Shown one piece after another: positions 1-8,600 of a stretch of 64,000 bases of DNA. The translations under genes and the position numbers were made by a program. Origin of the DNA: Candidatus Poribacteria bacterium (lineage in GTDB: Bacteria > Poribacteria > WGA-4E > WGA-3G). The stretch covers positions 4,608,001 to 4,672,000 of the forward strand of contig OZ240248.1 of assembly GCA_965198235.1 (NCBI GenBank). The letters are read 5' to 3'. Each line of letters opens with the position of its first letter. Within the stretch, counting starts at the first letter, position 1. The notes beneath the pieces were generated by a model. The model was not told where the DNA came from. It saw nothing but the letters and a program-made list of their open reading frames with translations, and did no database searches.

Positions 1-130
1 AAAAGCAAGTGCTTCTCTATGTCAAGTCTCCGAATGGACAGGGTGGCGGGTATGTGACGATAAAGATTTCCACATCAGACAGATAATTAACAAGGTGGAC
101 CCACTATATTGTGTGTTCACGGATTAATGC

Positions 131-159
131 TTGACGGATAGTTGTTTTTGTGATATACT
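131..159 (+). promoter_or_regulatory. sigma70-type promoter TTGACG-17-TATACT
   Basis: Near-consensus -35/-10 with 17-nt spacer ~30 nt upstream of the dehydrogenase ORF. Confidence 0.7.
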
Positions 160-189
160 CCTCGAAAACAACTATCCTTTATTACATTA

Positions 190-1209
190 ATGAGGTTCAT
201 GTTGGAGATGAAGGGACAACGGGTTGTTTGGCCCGATCGCGCTAAAGTTGACGTTGAGACGTTTATGCTACCACCTATCGGAGATGATGACGTTCTTGTT
301 GCAACAGAATGCACACTCATCAGTCCCGGTACGGAACGCGCGTTTTTATTAGGGCTCCCGAATGCACAAGGGAGATACCCAACCCGTCCGGGTTATAGTA
401 ATATCGGCAGAGTGGTGGACGTTGGAAAGGCAGTCACTGATTGTAAGGTAGGTGATCGCGTCGCTTCAACACAGGGACATACCAGCCACTTTGTAACCTC
501 GCCAAGTCGCTTGCTAAGGATAGCTTCCGCCGATGTTCCAGCCGAAGAAGCGGTTTTCTTTAATCTCGGCGCGATTGCCCTGCAAGGTGTCCGCAAGGCG
601 CGAATTGAATTGGGAGAAGCGACACTGGTTTTGGGGCAGGGGCTTATCGGCTTGTCGGCGATGCAACTCTCTAAATTGAGTGGAGCCCTACCGCTTATTA
701 CTGCGGATCTCACTGATAGTCGTCTTGAACTCTCTAAAAGAGTGGGAGCAGACTACACCTTCAATCCAGAAGATGCTGATTTCTCCGAACAGTTAGGTGA
801 TGCCACCAAAGGCGATGGACCAGCAGTTGTTATTGAGGCAACTGGACACCCAGACGCAATCAGCACCGCTTTAGATGTTGCGGGACGGGGCGCGCGGGTC
901 GTGTTGCTGGCGAGTACCCGTGGGGAAACACCGAGTGTGAACTTCTATCGCGATGTGCATAAAAAAGGGCTCATTTTGTACGGTGCACACAATTCTATCC
1001 GCCCGCGTCAAGAGTCTTCACCAAATTTCTGGACGCTTGAAGAGGATAGTCTCTTGCTGCTATCGCTCATCACACAGAAACGGTTCAACGTTATTCCGTT
1101 GATTAGCCATCGCGTCCCCGGAGAAGATGCAGCAAAAGCATATCAACTCCTCATGGAGTGGAACCCCGGCTTACTCGGTGTTGTTCTTCAATGGAACGAC
1201 AGCATGTAG
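190..1209 (+). CDS. MDR-family zinc-binding alcohol dehydrogenase-like oxidoreductase
   Basis: ISPGTE, PGYSNIG, GQGLIG Rossmann motif, VVIEATG; start may be 199 or 208. Confidence 0.85.
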   Translation: MRFMLEMKGQRVVWPDRAKVDVETFMLPPIGDDDVLVATECTLISPGTERAFLLGLPNAQGRYPTRPGYSNIGRVVDVGKAVTDCKVGDRVASTQGHTSHFVTSPSRLLRIASADVPAEEAVFFNLGAIALQGVRKARIELGEATLVLGQGLIGLSAMQLSKLSGALPLITADLTDSRLELSKRVGADYTFNPEDADFSEQLGDATKGDGPAVVIEATGHPDAISTALDVAGRGARVVLLASTRGETPSVNFYRDVHKKGLILYGAHNSIRPRQESSPNFWTLEEDSLLLLSLITQKRFNVIPLISHRVPGEDAAKAYQLLMEWNPGLLGVVLQWNDSM

Positions 1210-1458
1210 ATTTTCTAACGATTGCTTCTGAGCTGCTGTGTTCTGCTGCTTCGCAGTGAGAATGCAGTATTCTAATCGTGAAAAAACTATTGATAACCCA
1301 GAAACGGTTCGACTTAACCAAAAACTACCCTTTTAATATACCAAAGCACGCAGCCTAAAACGAAGTGGAAGGGTTTTTGCTTGGGGGTTTCTTCAGATTT
1401 GCGGAAGGGAACGTGAAAGCCCAATCCACGCACCTTAACCGCAAGGAATAATTAAAAA

Positions 1459-3615
1459 ATGGCACGCGAATATCCAATTGAAAACGTGCGCAATATCGGC
1501 ATTGCAGCGCACATTGATGCTGGCAAAACAACCACGACTGAACGGATTCTTTTCTACACCGGTAAAAAGCATAAGATCGGGGCAGTGGATGATGGTACTG
1601 CTGAGATGGATTGGATGTTACAGGAACGAGAACGCGGTGTAACGATTACTGCTGCCGCGACGACCTGTTTCTGGCGAGAACATGCAATTCACCTTATTGA
1701 CACACCCGGACATGTCGATTTCACAGTGGAAGTGGAACGATCCTTGCGGGTTTTAGATGGTGCGATTGCCCTATTCTGTGCTGTCGGGGGGGTCGAGCCA
1801 CAGTCAGAGACGGTTTGGCATCAAGCCGAACGCTACGATGTACCACGCATCGTCTTCGTTAATAAGATGGATAGGGTTGGCGCAAATTTCACTCGCGTTC
1901 TGGAAATGATGCAGGAACAGTTAGGTGCCAACCCCCTACCTCTCCAATTGCCGATGGGTGAAGGTGCCGATTTTGTTGGTGTCATTGATCTCGTGACGCA
2001 GAAGGCGATGCGCTGGGACGCCACCGACCTCGGACAGACGTATGTGGAGGCAGAGATTCCACCTGAATTTCAAGATGAAGTGGCACAAGCACGGGAAGCC
2101 CTCTACGAGAGTGTTGCTGTCGAAGATGAAGTTTTGCTTGAAAAATATTTGGGTGGTGAAGAAATAACTCATGCCGAGTTACTAACGGTTATCCGCGCAG
2201 CTACGTTGCGAGGAAAACTCTTTCCCGTGCTTTGTGGAAGTTCTTTAAAGAATCAAGGCGTTCAACCTCTATTGGATGCGGTAATTGATTTTCTGCCATC
2301 CCCTGTTGACGTTCCTCCTATTGAAGGGACTGTATCACATCCCGCTTCTGGTGGTGAGCGTTCCAAACGCGCGAAAAATGCATCCGCAGAGCAGGATATA
2401 GTGACACGCACCGCAAATGATAATGCCCCGTTTTCGGCGTTGGCATTTAAAGTGGCAAACCATCCAACGGTGGACAAACTCGTATACTGTCGTATCTATT
2501 CTGGTGTGCTCAAGCGCGGGGAGGTCGTCTATAACGTCCGTTCCGAAAAACGGGAACGCATTAACCGTATCTTACAGATGCACGCCAATAAAGAGGCAGT
2601 CTGTGACGCAGCTTACGCCGGTGATATTGTTGCGCTCGTTGGACTTAAGGATACCAAGACCGGAGATACTGTTACTGATCCGAGAGAGCCTATTCTGTTA
2701 GAATCCATCACCTTCCCGGATCCAGTGATCTCAATTGCTATTGAACCTGAGCGCGCGAGCGATGCGGATGCCTTGGAGGAAACACTCGAAAAATTGATGG
2801 ACGAGGACCCAACCTTCACTGTGGGAATCGACAAAGAGACCGGACAACGGATTATCTCTGGTATGGGTGAACTCCATTTAGAGGTTCTCACAGACCGCAT
2901 GATACGCGAATTCGGGGTCAACGCTCGGGTAAGCAAACTGCAGGTAGCGTATCGTGAAACTATCAGTACGCTTGCAGAGGCACGCGGGACACATATCCAT
3001 AAAACAGATGAAGAAGGTATATACGGTGATGTACTGTTAACAGTTGAACCATTAGCGCGCGGTGAAGGATTTCAGTTTGAGGATAACACAGACGAAACGC
3101 AAATTCTGCGGCAGTACGTCCCGTTTATCGAGAAGGCGTTGGAAGGTGCTATGGGGACAGGTCCCCGCATCGGATATCCGATGCAGGACGTAAAGGTTAC
3201 GCTCACGGGTGGCTCCTACCATCCAACGGATTCTTCGGAAGTAGCGTTTGAAGCGGCAGCAGTCTTGGCGTTTGAAAATGCGACAAGAAAGGCGAATCCT
3301 GTGTTGTTAGAACCAATTATGCGGATGCATATTACTGTCTCTGATGAGCATGTTGGTAAAGTCATTGGTGACCTGAATTCACGTCGGGCACAGATTAATG
3401 AGAGCACAACCCAAGATGCATCCGATACAAGACATCTGTCGCAATTGACTCAAAACGTCATCAATGCCTTTATACCGCTTTCAGAGACGTTTCAGTACAC
3501 AACGCGGCTTCGATCAATGACCCAGGGACGTGGGGCATTTACATTGGAATTTTCACATTATGAAGTCGTGCCGTCGTCTCTCGCCCCGGATCAGAATCGT
3601 GTCAGTTCGGCTTAG
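1459..3615 (+). CDS. fusA: elongation factor G (paralog outside the str operon)
   Basis: [54 protein letters not shown]. Confidence 0.95.
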   Translation: MAREYPIENVRNIGIAAHIDAGKTTTTERILFYTGKKHKIGAVDDGTAEMDWMLQERERGVTITAAATTCFWREHAIHLIDTPGHVDFTVEVERSLRVLDGAIALFCAVGGVEPQSETVWHQAERYDVPRIVFVNKMDRVGANFTRVLEMMQEQLGANPLPLQLPMGEGADFVGVIDLVTQKAMRWDATDLGQTYVEAEIPPEFQDEVAQAREALYESVAVEDEVLLEKYLGGEEITHAELLTVIRAATLRGKLFPVLCGSSLKNQGVQPLLDAVIDFLPSPVDVPPIEGTVSHPASGGERSKRAKNASAEQDIVTRTANDNAPFSALAFKVANHPTVDKLVYCRIYSGVLKRGEVVYNVRSEKRERINRILQMHANKEAVCDAAYAGDIVALVGLKDTKTGDTVTDPREPILLESITFPDPVISIAIEPERASDADALEETLEKLMDEDPTFTVGIDKETGQRIISGMGELHLEVLTDRMIREFGVNARVSKLQVAYRETISTLAEARGTHIHKTDEEGIYGDVLLTVEPLARGEGFQFEDNTDETQILRQYVPFIEKALEGAMGTGPRIGYPMQDVKVTLTGGSYHPTDSSEVAFEAAAVLAFENATRKANPVLLEPIMRMHITVSDEHVGKVIGDLNSRRAQINESTTQDASDTRHLSQLTQNVINAFIPLSETFQYTTRLRSMTQGRGAFTLEFSHYEVVPSSLAPDQNRVSSA

Positions 3616-3620
3616 CGTGT

Positions 3621-4802
3621 TCAATGTCCGTATGCTTTCATCACCTTTTGCAGCTCCGCCAACGGAATCGCGTACATCGTTCTGCCGTTGCGCCCAGTGG
3701 TTGTAGTTGCCATTGTCATGGAATTGACGATAGCCTCCTCTGTGGCTTCAATAACTGCTTGAAAGAGTGAATTTAGCCGTCCGTTTACGAGCATCTGGAT
3801 TTGGAATGTGCCGGTTTCGGTCCGACTTGGAAAAATGTTCGCGGTGGAAAACGCGATGACGAATTCACCGCTACCGTCAGTACTCGGTGTTCCCGTGCGA
3901 GCGAGCCCATGCGTAGCACGAATCGCTAACTGTTTCAATTGGCGATGTGTCAACGGGGCATCCGTCGCGATAACAATAATGAACGAACCATCTCTACGGG
4001 GTTTCGGTGGGGATCCGATAATTTCCTTACCGACAGGGACACCATCAATTCGCAGTTGCGAACGACGACCCCCGTTGGAATTAACAAGGACACCCACTGT
4101 CCATCCACCACGTTCTTCAGGTAGGACGCGGGAGGCGGTGCCGATACCGGCTTTGAAACCGTAGCATCGCATGCCAGTGCCGCCGCCAACGCATCCTTCG
4201 GTTACGGGACCACCGGTGGCGTTCTCAATCGCTTCAATCGCATGCTGTGCTGTGACATGTAGTCCGCTGATGTCGTTCAAACCACCATCGTAGCACTCCG
4301 CTACAATTGGTAGCACGATGTTGTTGTCTGGATACCGTTTCACAATGTAACGCACAACGCCGTCATGGACTGCCCCAACACTGAGCGTATTTGTGAGCAA
4401 AATGGGAGATTCAATCCACCCGGCTTGATTGATACGGGCGATGCCGGTTGCTTCACCATTGCCGTGAATGATATGTGCCGCGCCAAATAGGCGTGCTGTC
4501 CAAATATCATCACTTGGAAGGATAGCAGTAACACCGGTACGAATTGAATCGCCTTCGTTCAGGGTAACGTGTCCGACTTTCACACCCTCTACATCAGTGA
4601 TGGCATTGTGTGTGCCGGTTGGAATGGTACCGATCTGGATACCGATGTCGCGTCCCCGCGCACGATGGTTTAGATCTGCGCCTTCAGCATCGGTGCTACA
4701 TAGAGGATACGTCCAAAGAGCACCAGTGAGAACGACGAAGAACAGCGTTTTTGCGTAGTGCAAGGATCTGAGACCTTGCATCTTTTTAAGAAGTTTCTGC
4801 AT
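3621..4802 (-). CDS. P1/S58 family peptidase (DmpA-like L-aminopeptidase/D-esterase) with signal peptide
   Basis: NAITDVEGVKVGH, TGVTAILP, EGCVGGGTGM, KAGIGTASR, GSFIIVIATDAP, DGSGEFVIAFST. Confidence 0.9.
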   Translation of the reverse strand: MQKLLKKMQGLRSLHYAKTLFFVVLTGALWTYPLCSTDAEGADLNHRARGRDIGIQIGTIPTGTHNAITDVEGVKVGHVTLNEGDSIRTGVTAILPSDDIWTARLFGAAHIIHGNGEATGIARINQAGWIESPILLTNTLSVGAVHDGVVRYIVKRYPDNNIVLPIVAECYDGGLNDISGLHVTAQHAIEAIENATGGPVTEGCVGGGTGMRCYGFKAGIGTASRVLPEERGGWTVGVLVNSNGGRRSQLRIDGVPVGKEIIGSPPKPRRDGSFIIVIATDAPLTHRQLKQLAIRATHGLARTGTPSTDGSGEFVIAFSTANIFPSRTETGTFQIQMLVNGRLNSLFQAVIEATEEAIVNSMTMATTTTGRNGRTMYAIPLAELQKVMKAYGH

Positions 4803-5334
4803 TTTCTAATTGATTCCTATAGATTCTGCGAATGTGGTTAAAAATAGCGATATATGTTGGTAATCGGTAATCGGGATAACTCCACTCCCAGGGTTGGAAC
4901 GTTTTGCGATAGAAGCGGAGTGTGATTTCGGCATAAATACCGTCGCTGAGGTAGATACGATGGGCATGGTCTTTCGTTGACGCAAGCACCAATTTTGCCA
5001 AGCAGATGTAACCTGCGTCTAAATTGACACGCCGCGCGTCTCCTTCGGACTTTTTTATAGCAAAAGCTTGCTCCACGTTATTTGTGAACAACTTCATTTC
5101 TGCCAGTGCACCGGCATCGATAAGTCTTTCAAAACTGATAAATTGTCGTTGGATGTCTGGTCCCATTTCAGCCTCGTAGTAGGCTGTGCTCGTGAAAGGC
5201 ATCAATTCACTTGTGTAATCAATGGGTCCAAGGCGATGTGTCAGTTCAGTATAAACGGTTGGCAGGAGGGTGGGTTCCGCTATTAGCACGCCGATGATTG
5301 CTTTAACCGATAGCGGTGTTGTGATGGCTCCCAT
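4786..5334 (-). CDS. DUF4416 family protein
   Basis: YYEAEMG, RRVNLDAGYI, LVLASTKDHAHRIYL, WSYPDY; start moved to ATG at 5334 (GGAGG RBS upstream). Confidence 0.8.
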   Translation of the reverse strand: MGAITTPLSVKAIIGVLIAEPTLLPTVYTELTHRLGPIDYTSELMPFTSTAYYEAEMGPDIQRQFISFERLIDAGALAEMKLFTNNVEQAFAIKKSEGDARRVNLDAGYICLAKLVLASTKDHAHRIYLSDGIYAEITLRFYRKTFQPWEWSYPDYRLPTYIAIFNHIRRIYRNQLENAETS

Positions 5335-5550
5335 GTTATCCTCCGTAGTCCAAAATCCATCGTACAACCTTAAAATCCACGTCCTGATCCTCGATAGTGT
5401 GAACTTCAAGTTCATCAAGTATAGCGAATTGCGTTTAACACATCAACGCTTCATTTATTACTATAAAATTCTATAAAAATTGCGGTTTTGGGGATCAGTC
5501 TCCTACATTATTGCATTAAATTGAAAAAAAGTGGTTTTTTTATTTTTTTC

Positions 5551-5579
5551 TTGACATTTTACGAAATATAATGTATAAT
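5551..5579 (+). promoter_or_regulatory. perfect consensus sigma70 promoter TTGACA-17-TATAAT for rpoBC, with upstream A/T tracts (UP-element-like)
   Basis: Exact consensus hexamers at 5551-5556 and 5574-5579. Confidence 0.85.
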
Positions 5580-5694
5580 ATTCTGTTATGCTATGTCACC
5601 ATATTAAGACGGAAAAAGCAGTTGAGGAAGCAGGCTTTTTCAAAAGTCTATTTGTAAACTGCGTAACCACCGCCAAGTAGGGAGACTCCATTCA

Positions 5695-8600
5695 GTGAAC
5701 AAAAAGCCCATCCAGAAAAATGTGAGGATGTCTTTTGCCAAAACGCAGGTTCGGACCCCACTCCCGAACCTCATAGAGACCCAAAAACTTGCATATGATG
5801 CCTTCTTACAACAAGATATCCCACCTAATGAACGTCCGGATACTGGCCTCCAAGCGGTGTTTAAGGAAGTATTTCCGATTCGCGATTTTTCGGAGGTTAA
5901 CAGTCTTGAATTTGTCAATTACAGCCTTGGCACACCGAAATATACTCTCCAAGAATGTGTTGCGCGCGGTGTAACATATCAAGTATCCCTTACTGCCCGT
6001 ATTATGCTTGTCCTGCGTGAAGCAGACTCGGATGCAGATGAACCTCACGTTGTGGATATCCGAGAGTCCGATGTATATCTCGGCGAAGTTCCTTTAATGA
6101 CTGAAAATGGCAGCTTCATTGTCAATGGTAGTGAACGTGTGATCGTGAGCCAGCTGCACCGTTCGCCGGGTGTTATTTTTCTTGAAAAGGCATTGCCGAC
6201 GGGACGGCGTACACCGACTGCCCAAATTATTCCCTATCGAGGGGCTTGGGTCGAATTTGAAATAGACACCAAAGATCAGATTTATGTGCGCATTGACAAG
6301 CGTAGAAAACTGCCGGCTACTGTGCTTCTTCGTGCACTCGGTTGGGAGTCGGACGCAGATATCCTGAAGCTTTACGCCAAGACGGAACGACTTGTACTTG
6401 CCGGGTGGCAGGTTACGCATGTAGAAGGACCAGCAAAGAAAATCACATCTGGTGATTTGTTGGATGCTGCGGACTTTCGACAAGCCAGCAGAGACTATCC
6501 TGACCTTGAGGTAGAGAAGAGTTATCGTGTTATAGAAGTAACTGATAAGGACTGCCCACTGGAGATTGGACAAGCACTCACATATAAGAATCGGACGAGC
6601 CTTCGCAGAAAATGGAAGGGCTTTGAAACTGAGCTTCTTCGGCGTGTTGTTGACACCCACAATAGTGGGTGTGAGCTCATTCCCGAACAAGTGCTAACAA
6701 ATTCGGAATACGAAGAGGGGCGTGCCCGCTACGGAAGCAAAGCATTCGCAGCTGAACAGATTTTGTCCCAAGACAGCCAGGAAAGTGTCGGTAGGGTCTG
6801 CGCTGAAGACGTTATCAACCCAGAAACTGGCGAAGTGCTCCTCACAGCGAATACGCTGCTCACCGAAACGGAATTGGAACGTCTCAGTGAGACTGGTGTT
6901 GAGGCACTTACAGTACTGGATGAGGAAGATTGCCAGCACATCCGATTTTTGCGTAATACATTGGAGCGCGACCGACAGGCGGACTATGAGGAACCCTATA
7001 CTTTACAAGATGCCGCACTGCTTGAGATTTTCCGCACGCTGAGACCCGGAGATCCTGCTGGTATAGAGAACGCTCGTAAACACCTTTCATGGTTGCTCTT
7101 TGACCCGCACCGATACGATTTAGGTGTAGTTGGACGGTACAAACTGAATCGAAAATTCCAGAATATTCCCGTTTATGGTGAGCCACCTGAAGAGACTTTG
7201 CGCACGCTCCGTCCCGAAGATATTGCCGCTACGGTAGATTATCTTCTTAAAGTCCACAACGGGATTGCTCCGAAAGACGATCTTGATCATCTCGGTAATC
7301 GCCGCGTACGTGTTATCGGTGAGTTACTCGAAAACCAGTTCCGAATGGGTTTATTCCAGATTCGCAGAACTACGCGCGAACGCTTGAGTACCAACAATGA
7401 TATTGCGAAGGTCGTCCCGTCTTCGCTCATAAATCCGAAACCGCTGATGATGGCACTCCGGGAATTTTTTGGATCGAACCAGCTGTCGCAGTTTATGCAA
7501 CAGATTAATCCGTTGGATGAATTGACGCATAAGCGTCGTATCTCAGCAATTGGTCCAGGTGGGCTTCACCGAGATAGAGCAACGGCAGCCGTTCGGGATG
7601 TACATCGAACGCACTATGGACGTGTCTGCCCCTTGGAGACACCTGAGGGACCATCCATCGGTCTTATCGTTTCTTTGGCGTGTTATGGACGGATAAACCC
7701 TTATGGTTTTATAGAGACCCCTTATCATAAGGTTGAGGACGGTTCGGTGTTGGATCCAGTGGAATATCTGACAGCAGATAGTGAGGATACTGCTTACATT
7801 GCTGCAAAGGCGATCTCGAACGATGCCGAACAAGCTGGAAATGGTGAGGCATCGGGGTTACAAACCCCTCCTACAGAGCAGATGCTGCCTGTACGCAGTG
7901 GGGAGGATGTGCTGTCGCTTCCGATGGAAAAAGTGGACTATATCGGTGTTTCTCCACAGCAGATAGTCGGCATTTCTGCTGCGTTGGTTCCGTTTCTGGA
8001 ACATGAGGACGCAAACCGGGCATTGATGGGTGCTAATCACCAACGTCAGGCTGTGCCGCTTGTCCGTCCAGAAGCACCGCTCGTCGGAACGGGGATGGAA
8101 GCCCCGGCGGCACTGTATTCAGGTGCACTCATCACCGCTAAGCGAGCTGGTACCGTCACAAGTGTTTCCGCCGATGAGATCCTCATATATACTGGCGAAA
8201 CACTTCATCATGACAAGGGTGAGAATACGTTCAGCGAAATGGGCTACGATGTTTACAAACTCCAAACATTCAAACGGAGTAATAGCGGCACCTGTATTCA
8301 CCAGCACCCCATCGTTGCAGTGGGCGATAAAGTTGAAGCCGGACAGGTTATTGTGGATGGCACCTCTACAGAGAGCGGTGAACTCGCTCTTGGGCGGAAT
8401 GTGCTGTGCGCTTATATGCCGTGGGGCGGTCACAATTACGAGGACTCTATCCTGATAAGTGAGACACTCATCAAGGAAGATATCTTCACCTCTATCCACA
8501 TTGAAGAATTTGAAGTGGAGGCACGTGAGACGAAAGTGGGCCCGGAGGAAATCACCCGTGATATTCCGAACGTTAGCGAGCAGCGGCTTACACAACTTGA

